From the NCBI RefSeq assembly GCF_000143415.4, contig NW_003314360.1:426595-490594 (forward strand): a DNA stretch of 64,000 bases, written 5' to 3'. A program made the position numbers and the translations under genes. The DNA is from Selaginella moellendorffii (taxonomy: Eukaryota > Plantae > Lycopodiophyta). Shown piece by piece: positions 10,660 through 21,992 of the stretch (position 1 is the stretch's first letter; each line of letters starts with the position of its first letter). Below the pieces are notes generated by a model. That model ran no database searches. It had not been told where the DNA came from and worked only from the letters and a program-made list of their open reading frames with translations.

Positions 10660-12410
10660 CTGTTGGATCCTCCACCGTTGGATCGTACAGATCTAACAGC
10701 TCAAACGCTCAGCCTTTGAGTTGCCAGAAATTTCTAAGTCCTAGCACTTGGTTTTTGGCAATGGAGAGGAAGCTACGTGAGCATGGCAGCTACGCCTTGA
10801 GCACGCCACGGCCCAGGTCACCACAGCCAGCTGCTCCAGCAGCAGCAGCAGCAGCCGCCGACGCAGGCAGCGCCAGCCACTGCAACAGCCCGCGGCCTGC
10901 CAACACCAGCAGCTGCTGCAGCTGCTGCTCCAGCCGGCCAGCCAGCCGTGCCACGGCCGGCCTCCAGCGACTGCCACAGCGAGCACTTGGGCCAGCACTC
11001 GCCGCCCAAAGCGCCTGCCCTGTGGCTCGTCGTGGCCCAGCCCGTTAGCACTGCGTCCCGGCCAGCCGCTGCCCAGCAGCACCACCAGCGCTGCCCAGCA
11101 GTGGCCAGCTGCGCCAGGCACCACCGCACGACGCTACGTGCTGCCCAGCAGCACCAAGCACCGCCACACGCCTTTCAGGGCCGCCACACGCCGCCCAGAG
11201 CCGCTGCGCCCTGCCTAGCGCCCCCCCGCACCGCCTGGTGCCAACAGCAAACCAAGACAACTCCATACGTGACTTTGGGACAGGAGAAGCCAGCCATGAT
11301 GCCCCTTACTCCCTGCACACGGGTCTGGCACAGCAAGTCCCCAGGCCGGGCATTTCCGTAGGTCCCTGTGTGCGCTGCACCTCACAGCCAGGACGCCACA
11401 GAAATCCCTGCCTGGAGCTGCTAACCGCCACTAAGAGTCTGGGAGCTAGCTCGGCCTCTCCACACAACAGCTTTTCTGGCGTCTAGTGCGGCCCAACTCC
11501 CCTAACTCAAGTCTGGCACAGCAAATGCCCCACAAAGGCTTTTTGGCCCCCCTTGGTTGCTGCCTCAGCACCACCAAGGGATCTCCAAAAATGCTATGGG
11601 GATTGCTCCCTGCTGTTGAGAGCACCCACACCACCCAGACATCACCACAAAGCTGCTGTGATCCACCAGAATCTGCCGTGGGAGACACAATTGCAACCGC
11701 AATTGCAAATGCCCGCCTCTGCTTCTCCAGCATCCTCTCCACCGTCAAATCTCCCGATCCAACGGTCCACATGGCCCAAGCCTAGGCTATGGAGGAGAAA
11801 GATGCAAGGAGCAGTCATGACAGGGCATTCTGTCTTGACCACACCACAACATCAAGCCAACGGCAAGCCAGGACAACTCCAAGCATGGTTCTGGATTCAG
11901 AGAAACCAGCCATGCTGCCCCTCTCTCGTCTGGCACAGCAAGTCTCCAAGCCATGCATTTGCATTGGCCCCTGTGTGCTGCACCTCGCTGCCACAGTGCC
12001 ACAAAAAATCCCTGCCTGGAGATGCTCATTGCCACTAAGAGTCCGCCACAGGGCAGGCGCTTTGGGCGGCGAGTGCTGGCCCAAGTGCTCGCTGTGGCAG
12101 TCGCTGGAGGCCGGCCGTGGCACGGCTGGCTGGCCGGCTGGAGCAGCAGCTGCAGCAGCTGCTGGTGTTGGCAGGCCGCGGGCTGTTGCAGTGGCTGGCG
12201 CTGCCTGCGTCGGCGGCTGCTGCTGCTGCTGCTGGAGCAGCTGGCTGTGGTGACCTGGGCCGTGGCGTGCTCAAGGCGTAGCTGCCATGCTCACGTAGCT
12301 TCCTCTCCATTGCCAAAAACCAAGTGCTAGGACTTAGAAATTTCTGGCAACTCAAAGGCTGAGCGTTTGAGCTGTTAGATCTGTACGATCCAACGGTGGA
12401 GGATCCAACA
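10660..12410. mobile_element. GC-rich repeat-family sequence spanning the palindrome centre; its ends are related to 3030-3150 and 19920-20040
   Basis: cctccaccgt...gatct...aacgctca...ttctaagtcc(c/t)agcacttgg occurs at 10668-10751 (mirrored near 12320-12403) and at 19921-20002 (mirrored near 3064-3145). There is an internal ~200 bp direct repeat, 11240-11439 and 11856-12043. Confidence 0.55.
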
Positions 12411-12508
12411 GCCAGCGGGAATGCCACTTACCGGACTCTCTCGAGTCGGACTGCATAATTCAGGTCCGAGCAGTGAAGGCAAACTTTCACCCATGAGATA
12501 TAACGCTG

Positions 12509-13131
12509 TCAGAGGTCACGCAGCACCTTCCAGATTTTCATCCCAGTGACTCCGTCATTCAAACACACACCTTCCAGGTCGTACAGATTCAATCTGCCGT
12601 GAAGCTTTGGCAGAAGTGAGGCAGATAGGAAATCTGCATGATTCGCAAAAGCGGAGCTTAGCACTTCATAGAATACGCACCAGTCGCGCAGCATAAGCTC
12701 TCATATAAGAGGACACAGCTTAGAGGAGCTGTAAATCCCGTGTTCCCACCATGCATCCAAGGCTTGAATCAGAAACGTGTATCTGTTCGTGAAATATAAA
12801 ACGCGAGTGCTTCGAGACGACAGTAGCGTGCTGTGCTTATGCACCAGCCATCTGCAAAATTCAACGTTTAAGCAAGGAAAACAAAATTTCCAGAAAATAG
12901 TATAGTCAGGAGGCACGTACCTTGGTAAGTTGGCTTGACTTGAGCCGACGAATTTCTCCCACAGACAGTCTGATGAACACAGAGCGTACCAGTGCTTGCA
13001 AACTTGTCTTGATGAAGATAAGTCTCTCGCCGTCATTGACGTAAAGACACCTCGTCTGGGATAGCGGAGATTGGACTCTGGTTGGAGCTCCCAGTTGTGC
13101 CCAGTCGAGTTTGTGCGAGCGTTGCACAGAC
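12509..13131 (-). pseudogene. F-box gene fragment (palindrome copy)
   Basis: Mirror of 9940-10562. Confidence 0.5.
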
Positions 13132-13350
13132 TCGTCCTTGAGCTTGTTTTCTTCTGGAGTGTGTAAAGAAAGCCACAAGAGTGACCACAGAGCCGGCCGC
13201 TTCTGATCCTGGTGAATTTCAACAAACGAAAATGTGATGCCTGGACTCGGGATCTCTTTCTCAGGAACTCCCCGAGGATCGCATTCCTTACCGCTGCTCG
13301 CGTCCGACTTTCTCAGCATCGTCTCCAGGAGTGGAATCTGGTTCGCCACT

Positions 13351-14901
13351 CGCCAGTCACAGACCATCTTCCGACAGACGTAATCTTCACATTAACTTGC
13401 TTCCAAGAAGGCCCGGTACAGCTGGAAGTAGAACTTGTACACAGGCCAACCTGCAGAGACGTAGAACAAAAGAAAGAATACCAGATGAATTCCATCAGCA
13501 GCAGTGTTGGTGACCCAGACTCGGTACGTTTCACCTCCATTCCTGCGTAAGGAGTGAACGATTCGAACAGACTTGTCAAGGAACGGCTTCGTTTCTTCAC
13601 TTCGAGCGTTGGAACCCGTTTCATTAGAGCCGCCGGTGTTCCTGTCTAAGGATATTGACAGGATAAACACTAGTGACAGAGAGAACCATTCAGTAGCATG
13701 TACAGAGATTACCTACCTGGTCGAGGGTAAAACTGTGATATGTGGACCTGTGGGAACGTGTACTCTCGTATTAGTTCCATGATCCTGTCAAAATCCTCTG
13801 ATGTTTCTCCTGACAAGGATAAAAGCTCAATAAGATACAATCTTTTTCATGCATGCGAGTGTACCTGGAAATCCACAGATAATATCTGTAGCGATATGAA
13901 TCTCCGGGACTAGTCTTGTGAGAGTATCCACAATTTTTCTAAACTCGGAAAACGTGTACTCCCTCTTCATGCCCTGAAGAACACAGAAAACGGCTTACAG
14001 AGACAAAACAATCACCCAGAACATCAGTACCTCCAACACCGAGTCCCTTCCAGATTGAACCAGAACATGAAGGAACGAATACACGCAGGGGTGACAGCCA
14101 TTTCCTCCAGATGCTGTAAGATGTAGATTCGGAGCATTGTACTTCTGTCTATGAGGAAGCGCGGCAACTAAAGCACGTAGAAGCGCTGGTATATTTGCTC
14201 CAATATCTCGTCCTGTAGTGCAAAGAAAGAAAAAAGTAAATAAAAAATGCTAGCTTGAAACAGATAACCATAACCGTAAGCTCCAGTGTCGCCATATCTC
14301 CTTCACACCTTCAGACACCACGGTTTTCAATCTTTGCACCTGTAGATAAAGCTCAGTAACAGAGAAAAGAAACTGGCGAAGGTCCTTACTAGTGCGTCTA
14401 CTGTGTAGCTGCCAAGATGCCCGCGAGCATGCTTCGTCTTGCAGTATGTGCAAGCACCCAAGCAGCCAACGTTGATAGGAATGATCTCGACAAACTTGTT
14501 CTTACGAACCTGAAAACACAACAGCAAAAGAGATTATAAACTTTTGGCAAATCAAGAGACGGTAAAGCATCCCGTCGAAGCAGCTAGGCCTCGTGGCCTT
14601 TCAAAGTCTCCCCCGCTGTATTTGCTGCACTCCGATGACGCTGACGGCTTTGAGATCTTTTAAACCCTGAAGAACGCATCCAGCTATCCACCAAGGGAAT
14701 AGAGGCCGCTTTGCCTTTACGTATCAGTGTTTCCATTGTCGGAGCTTTCACAGTACACCTGCGAATAAAACAGCAGCAACAATTGATCCAGCTTAAGATT
14801 CTTCCTTTTGATACTGAACTTACGTGTTGATCAGCCAAAGATCTCTCTGAGGAGAGTCCGAGATGGCCATAAGCCTGAAGCTGTCCTGCCATATACTCAC
14901 T
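13351..14901 (-). pseudogene. CDKAL1: CDKAL1/MtaB pseudogene (palindrome copy)
   Basis: Mirror of 8170-9720. Confidence 0.85.
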
Positions 14902-15000
14902 GCCGAGTCAACATTAGTTCTTTTCTACGTGAACCTACTCCAGTCTTCCATTCTACGGCTAGAACCCTAAAAAAGAGAGTACCTAGGTTAGGGTTCCGCC

Positions 15001-17649
15001 ATGGTGCGAGAGCAGTCTCATGGGAAGCGGCCAAGGGCGGATGGGGAGGAATTGGAATCAGATATCAGGGCTGGGAAGCGGCAAAGGGCGGATGGGCCTG
15101 AGCGATCGATTCAGCAGCAGATTGAGGAAGTGGAATCGGAGATCAGGGCCGTGCAACAAGCGATTGAGCAGGTTGAGCAGAAGGTGGATTCCACGCAGGG
15201 TGAGCTTCAGAAGCACTGGATGGATGAGAAGAAGCAGCTCCGTGATGAGAAGAAGCAGCTCCGTGAGAAGGAGAAGCAGCTCCGTCAGCAGCTCATTCCC
15301 TCTAGTGGAGTTGTTTGGTCAAACGCCCGTGATCGGATTGCCAAGCTGAAGGAGCTCTTTGGACCTCGTCTTAAGCATGCCCGCACGTACAGAAAATGCC
15401 TTGAAAGGGATTCATTATCTTCTTTGCCAACTGGCTTGTCTCTGAAGGACATCGGGCAGCAGTTTCCCATTGTTGGACGAGAGAATACTGTGTATGCTTT
15501 GCTCAGGGGTAACTGGCTGTTGTACAAGCAATTCATGAGCAGTCAACACACAGACTGGGATGTTTAGGCGCCTCCACCATATAATGGGTGTGGTTGGATT
15601 CCCGGGTGCGGGAAAAACATCCCTTGGCAAGGCACTCCCACAAATACTCATTGAGATGAGAAGGCAACGGAGTGATCCAGGGCTAAGGATTCAAGAACTT
15701 GCCTCGATTTTCGATACATCAACCGATGAGGTGCGACCGTGGGAGGCCATGATGAGCACCGTTGAACATCTCGACGTGCTCATGTACCATGATTTTATTT
15801 CAACTTTTCATGGCGAGGCCGGGCTGGGTGATGCTCAGGTTTTGGCCCTGAGGACTTTGCATGCAGCTGTTTCTAGAGCAGATGGCCAAGATAACATCAG
15901 AAAAGATACTGGGACTTGGACGCGCTTTCCTTACCAAGAGCTTGTCGCTGTTGTTGATGCCGAAGCACCTGATTTGAAGAAGTTCCTCCTGTTTGATGAC
16001 GTGATAGCTTTGTTGCGAGAAGTCTGCGAGCTCGGAGACCAAAACATTTACCTGTCGTTCTTCTTTGATGAGATTGGGAGGAACAACGTCCTTGTTCAGA
16101 AACTGTTTCGGGAGTTCATAGTTTGGAAGCACAGGAACGCGGGTGGCAAAACGTTTGTCACTATGCTCGGAGCGACCAACCTTTTCACAGCGGCATCTTT
16201 GAGAGAGAGCGGTGACACTGGATCATCTAAAGTGATTTATATTCCTGTCAACCCTCTCAGCAGCAGCGATCGGGAGAAGCTGGTGTTGCAAGTCTTTAAC
16301 AAGGTGCTGAGGACTTCAAACCGTGAAGAACTTCACGCTTTAAATGATGGCATGCGGCTGTTGTGCAAGCTGAGCGGAGGGAATCCGAGGTTGATTACCT
16401 TCATGGTTCAGGCTTTGGCTTCAGATGACCCAGACATGGCCCTTGACATTGACAACCTTGCGCTGAGAATTCAGGAGCCCTTCCTGAGAGACAAAGTAAG
16501 GCGGATTCTGGATCGTGTGTGGAGCCTATGCACAAGATTCGAGTATTACAATGGCTTTGCCGGGGATGAGAGATTTCCTTATCTCTTACGAGCAATTCAA
16601 GCATCGATGCTTCGTGAGCATGTCTCAAGGAAGGAACCGGTTCTGCTGCAGGCCTTTCCAAGAGAGAATGTTTTGACATGGGAAGCTCTGGAGAGTTGTG
16701 GAGTATGGCTGTGGTGGACGTTCCCAATCTTGACGAAGAAAAGGCTCTGGTGGAGTTTTCACCTGTGTTACTGCATAAGCTAACACTCCAGCGGGAGGAC
16801 CTTTTTGGCTCTACAACTTTTGATTTGACAACAATGTCAACGGATGATTGGAAGCAGAAGGAAGACAACGATTTGTTGTCTCTGATCTTCAGCATCTACA
16901 TTCATAAGGTATGTGAATTCTACGTTCATAGTCTTTCATAGTCTCGGTTACTAACATGTTGTTATTTGCAGTTACTATCGGGGGGTTCAGACACCTTCAT
17001 GCTGGCGGATGTGTTGCCTTGCGATTGGTACATCCCTGACAATCTGAAGAACCGAAAGTTCAGGTTCCCCACTTTTCCAGTTTCAATCAAGCAACTGAGT
17101 CCAGGTATGTTCTTGTTTTTAGTTTTTTGGTTTCGGATCAAACACAGTAGTCCAGGCTCAAAAAAGGAGGTTCAAAGGTCAGGGACTTGGGCCATCTGTG
17201 GACCTCGGAACAGCGGGGCTGATACCTTCCTGATACTCAAGGAAGTAAAAGACATGGATTTGGAGCCTTTTCTTTTGTACATCCAAAGCAAGTGCTCTGG
17301 AGACCCTCTTAAGCCAGCCATTGCGGATTGGTCGGAAGTCGTTCGAAATCTTAAGAGTGACGTCCGAAGACTGATTGCTATCAAGAACAATGAGCAGCCT
17401 GGCGATGAAAGTAAGTCCATACGTTATACGTTTTTCGTTTATTTTTAATTTTTGTTTTTTGTAGAGTATGCTCGAACGAACTTTGGATACGTATTTTTCT
17501 CGGACAAGGACAATTCATCAGCTCTCTCATATCAAAAGTCTAATCCGATGGATATATACGCCTCGAGTGTTATTATCGGCTCCAATTTTGGTATGATCGA
17601 GCAGATTGCAGCTGTAAGGCATACCGAAAAGCGTCCGAGAAAGATGTGA
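15001..17649 (+). pseudogene. Crinkler/RHS-type NTPase+REase gene (palindrome copy, with an extra frameshift at ~16705)
   Basis: Mirror of 5421-8070. Introns at about 16909-16971, 17105-17155 and 17411-17464. Reads gagtatggct versus gagtagtggct in the left arm. Confidence 0.7.
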
Positions 17650-18184
17650 TCACCAGTATTTAGTGGTAAAGGAGGCTTTCCAGGTGCGATTCAAGACTTT
17701 GATACAAAGCGAGTCTTACGATTCTGGTTTTCCTTTGGTAGGTGACTGGATTCTCTATCGGTGACAGTAAGGGAAACGGCATAGATAATGTGTTGACGAC
17801 GTTGAGCGCACAACAATCCATATTTAAGTTTATTTAAGAAATTTAGTTTAAAAAGTCATAATTATTATTATTTCAGTTATTTTAAATTCATGTATAGTTA
17901 TATATAGTAAATCCATATATTCAGAGACTACCTCATATATTTAGCCTGTCTCTCTTAAAACGTTTCCTTCTCTTCTGTTTGATTATTTACAAGCAGTACT
18001 TTCATTTGATTCCACGGATGTAACAAAGTTTCCCTTTTGACTGTTGAATTTTTGTATGTATTATTATTTAATTATATGATCACTTTACCCCGGGTTCGAA
18101 TCGGTGTGTGAACACTGTCAATACTGTTAAGATACAGAGCAAGGTTGAAAAACTACAATGTCGTTCCTGCTCCATGCAAAACAG

Positions 18185-18814
18185 TCAAGAGCGACTCTCC
18201 TCCTCCAGCTTCGCAACATACGCCTTGAGCGGTGAGCAGCAGATTCGTGGCCGGAGCCTGAAGCACCCCCACCACTCTAGCCGACGGCGCCTTGAGAGCC
18301 CCCAGCAGCTTCCAATACACGTCCGCCCGGCTCGGCATCGTCTCCAGCTGGTTGAACGGTGCGTAAAACTTCCCCTCAAACACAGCCCCCGTGAAGTCAC
18401 TGTCCTCCAGCTTCAGCTCCTTCTGAAACGCTCTGTAAGGCTTGAGCGCCACCGGGATCTCCTCCGTGTGCACAAACAGCCACACGTTCATCCCTTTGAG
18501 ACAAGGCTTGAGAGCCTCCCACTTGGTGCCTTCAATCGCCTTACCCACCAGTGTGTTCTTGGCCACCATCAGCTTCGTCTTCTCCGGCAGGCTCCGACGC
18601 AGGTTCTGCATCTGCTGCACCGTCAGGTTCTTGTACTGAACCCCTGCAACCAGGTAGCAATCCTCCAGCTGCTGCTTCACCTTCTCCACAGTCTCCTCCT
18701 TCTTCCGAATCCGGGGCCTCCCCCGCCGGCTGCACCCCTCGCTGTACTCACCGAGCTCCACAGCTCACCTGTCGATGAACAAGACGCCCCAAAACCTAGC
18801 GCAACCATGCCCAT
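18185..18814 (-). pseudogene. RPL10: Plastid RPL10 frameshifted copy (palindrome copy)
   Basis: Mirror of 4256-4885. Confidence 0.88.
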
Positions 18815-19919
18815 TCTGCTCAATCTAGGCCCCTGCTACAAAATCCAGAGATTGGAAACGAAAGACAATTAGAGATAAGACTTCATGCTTTGCTTTTGAG
18901 CCTCGCAGAGGCAGTGCAGAGGATCTTCAGTTTACAATGCTATCCCTCTGGGTGGGGGGGTTTAAATAAGTCTCAGCCCTCTCATGTGCAGGAAATTGAA
19001 GGCTATTCTTGTAAAAGTGAGACGATTAGTAGTCTCATATTTTAATAATTATAATTAGCTGTCTAATATTAATTACCAATTACTCATCATTTACTAATTA
19101 TGATTAACAATAACTTTACTCTTAATAATAAGCGAAAAATACTTTCCATTTCAAAATGTCTTTATAACAGAACTACATGTTTATTAGAATCTAATTGAGA
19201 AGTTGTGAACTTTCGTTCATTGCTTTATCCAGCGACAAATGCCATGGAGACATTCTCAGTTGACGTTTATGACATCTATTCACAACACAGTTGTAAACAT
19301 CAAGTGAGATTGTTTCCCGGATTTTTGTTGCTAGAGAAAGCACTGAATCATGAAGGCCGCAACTGCTCAATTAAACTCTAGCCTTTACTCCATATATAAA
19401 CAACAACTCATGTCACAAACAAACATGTAATGGGTAATACAACCCTAGCATGACAGGTAAGGCGGCATCCGGGGGCAGCGCGTTCGGGGGAGCCAGATCT
19501 GCGGCGGTAAGGCGCAGGGGAGGTTCCAGCTGAACAGCAACAGGGGTTTGCCTCGCTCCCGACATGGCGATGGAGTCGGCGATGGCGCGGCAACGGCTGG
19601 GGGCTCCTGAATGGGCTTTGGGATCCCTCGGCAGTAGACCTAGTCCTCTCAGAAGTAGACCTAGTCTTCTCTCCTCGCCCCTCGTCCAGTTCTGGGTCTC
19701 AGGGTTTCCACCGGGATTAGGCGCCGTGCGAGGCCGCGCCCTCACTCCTTCTGCAAGCGCCCATCTGCCCTTGGGTCGGTGTCCAGAAAGCCTGCTCCGA
19801 GGCGCTGAGCGCTGGACCAGACCGGAGCTTTGAGGACGCGGAAGATTCGGGCTTGTTGAAAAGCCCCCTCCTTTCAGGGCTAACTCTCCGCTCTGGTAGC
19901 TATGGGAAGCTCCTGCTTA

Positions 19920-20920
19920 TCCTCCACCGTCAGATCCTCTTGATCTAGCGGCCCACAACGCTCAAACACTGAGCGCAAAAAATTCTAAGTCCCAGCACTT
20001 GGATTTTTTGTTTCTTGTGGCTATGGAGGAGGGAGAAATCCTATGCAATCGCCACCCAGGCCAGCCCCTGCCACTGGAACAGAGCAGCGAGCCCTCTTGC
20101 CTTAATGCTCTCCAGGACCTGGCCCAGCGCAGCAGCCACCGTCACCTTTGTGCTTGGCTCTGCTCTGCGGTCTGTCCGATTCAGGCCCACCATGTCCCAC
20201 TGACAGCAGCAGCCAGTGTCCATGATGCCACACTCAACAGTCCCCACAGACTCGACAAGTGCCTCGACACAACCAACAAATCGCCCTTCCATCTACGGAG
20301 GTACATAGATTATGGAGTGAGCACTTGGACAGGTACACAAGCAAGCCTCAATCGATGGCTCCGAGGATATGGCACGTTATGTCCCTTGATCAAGATCATC
20401 CCGGTGATCTCGCTCGAGGAGTTGGATTTCCTCAATATCCATTTCTTCAAAGGCCCTCACCTTGAAGAAACAGGCTGCCTTGACTCGTCCATGTTCCAGA
20501 AGCCCCTCAATGCCTACCAGTACCTCCCCTGGCCGTTGGTTCACCCATGGCACTAGAAAGTGGCATTCATCCGCAGTGAGCTCCGGAGATACCTCCTCTG
20601 CGAGAGCACGGCCGATGGATTCTATGCAATGCGCACGTGGTTCTACCACTGCCTCCGTGCCTGGGGATACTCAATGTCATTCCTCCAAACTGCTTCTCCT
20701 GCATTTCCCACGACCAGTGACATCAAGCTCTCCTCGCACGTTTGTGCTGCACTAGTGGCGTTTGTCAACAGGCCCCCCTCGCCTTTAAGCTGCCCTACAC
20801 ATTTCAAGGTTTGGGGGACATCCTAAACCCTAAACAGGTGATGGATGAAGCTCCCGCAGATGCACTCCCTTGAGTGATCACGTGCTGGAGATGTCTCCCG
20901 AACCCCATTCGTTCCTGGTC
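19920..20920 (+). mobile_element. Penelope-like retroelement remnant: RT motif C and thumb; RT N-terminal part missing; no GIY-YIG seen
   Basis: RRYIDYGVSTWTG (YIDD>YIDY), LDFLNIHFFK, FQKPLNAYQYLPW..HPWH*KVAFIRSELRRY...FYHCLRAWGY, then AFKLPY...ITCWRCLPN. These are characteristic PLE RT C-terminal/thumb motifs. Confidence 0.85.
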
Positions 20921-21074
20921 AGGGCTAAACTCGCTTTGCAAGCTTAGTCACGTCTTCTATTGCGCTTTGCAAGAGACAGAAGGATACATTTGCATCCTTT
21001 TCCGTGTAACCGCTGACCTTCAGTGTCTGGCCGATGGACTCTAGGTATGTCCCAGTCACCTCAGGCCGTTCCCC

Positions 21075-21475
21075 ACCGGTCAACGACCGGTCAACGCTCA
21101 GTCTACTGTCAAAACCGGAATATTTCCGAATATTCCCTGACAGTCAGATGGTTGACCGAGTCAACAAGGCCTACACCATTTGATTTTGCACCTCTCTCCA
21201 AGGGTGACTACGTTGGTCTCATCTCCTTACGATGAACACCACACCTTGGAAACTTTGTGAATCTTATAATGGTGCCATCGACGTGATGTCAACATGTCAA
21301 CGTCACGTTGCAGGCAAAGGGACCTTGGGTACGTACCAGTCACGTTCGAGTCAACGCACGGTCAACGAAACGTCAACGGTCAGAATGGAATGTTCCTGAA
21401 TATTCCCTGACAGTCTTTTGTTGACCGGGTTTAGGGTTTAGGGATCAACGGTCAACGACAGAATATTCCCTGCAA
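21075..21475. repeat. Short direct/inverted repeats (ggtcaacg, gaatattccctgacagtc) with an embedded TTTAGGG x2
   Basis: gaatattccctgacagtc at ~21128 and ~21398, repeated cggtcaacg, and gggtttagggtttaggg at 21427-21443. Confidence 0.6.
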
Positions 21476-21553
21476 CGTTTTTCGTCTCCAGGTATGTACA
21501 AATGACACAAGCATTGTGGACGTAATGCATGCATCATATCATGCCGCGTTTAA

Positions 21554-21992
21554 AAGTTATCTTGTGTCAAAGGTACATCACCTGCCGGACGAACGCTTAC
21601 TGTCTTCGGCAATCCGCCGAAGTCATTCTCCGTGACTACCACTGCTGCTGAGTAATGCACTCCAACTTGCTACGTTCGCACCTTCGCGAGCTAATGCTGC
21701 CACACCACCTCACATGGCCGCCACACGGACTCGCACCAAGTAAGAGAGCCAGAATATAAGTAGAGTCGACACCGAGCTAGGGTTAAGGTAAACGCTAGAC
21801 GACTACACCCGGCTGATGAGTCCCAAAAAGGATGAAACTTGTTTTGGGTTGTCTCTTGTCCTCTCCCTCGCTCACGAATGAATGAAAATTCATTCCCTTG
21901 CCTCCTCTACTTGCTCTTGATCATGCTGTCTCAACAACGGCACACGGAGAATGAGGATTGCACAAAGTGGTGCCGTGATCTTGCCGGATTGC
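21554..21992 (+). mobile_element. Penelope-like pLTR copy 1 (hammerhead-bearing)
   Basis: Clearly alignable (diverged) reverse complement of 23311-23749. It is in the same sense as the upstream RT and is followed by A11-CCCTAA. Confidence 0.75.
21807..21849 (+). ncRNA. Minimal type I hammerhead ribozyme (degenerate copy, GUU site)
   Basis: ACCCGG-CTGATGA-GTCC-caaaaa-GGAT-GAAA-C-tt-GTT-TTGGGT: conserved core, stem II and stem I pairing. Confidence 0.8.

Larger units (their letters stand above)
2743..11026. repeat. Left arm of a ~8.3 kb inverted duplication
   Basis: The ORF track is mirrored (e.g. 10377..10562+ vs 12509..12694-, coordinate sum 23071). Identity ends at 11026/12045. Confidence 0.97.
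12045..20320. repeat. Right arm of a ~8.3 kb inverted duplication
   Basis: Reverse complement of 2743-11026. It differs by a 1-bp deletion near 16705, two C>T changes near 17455 and several indels in 19124-20320. Confidence 0.97.

Noticed and set aside
10644-12427. Many overlapping Ala/Cys/Gln-rich ORFs
   Set aside because: They arise from GC-rich (CAG)n-containing repeat DNA with no recognisable domain.
20821-20835. cctaaaccctaaac as a telomeric junction
   Set aside because: It lies in frame within the PLE linker (DILNPKQ), so it is probably coding sequence.
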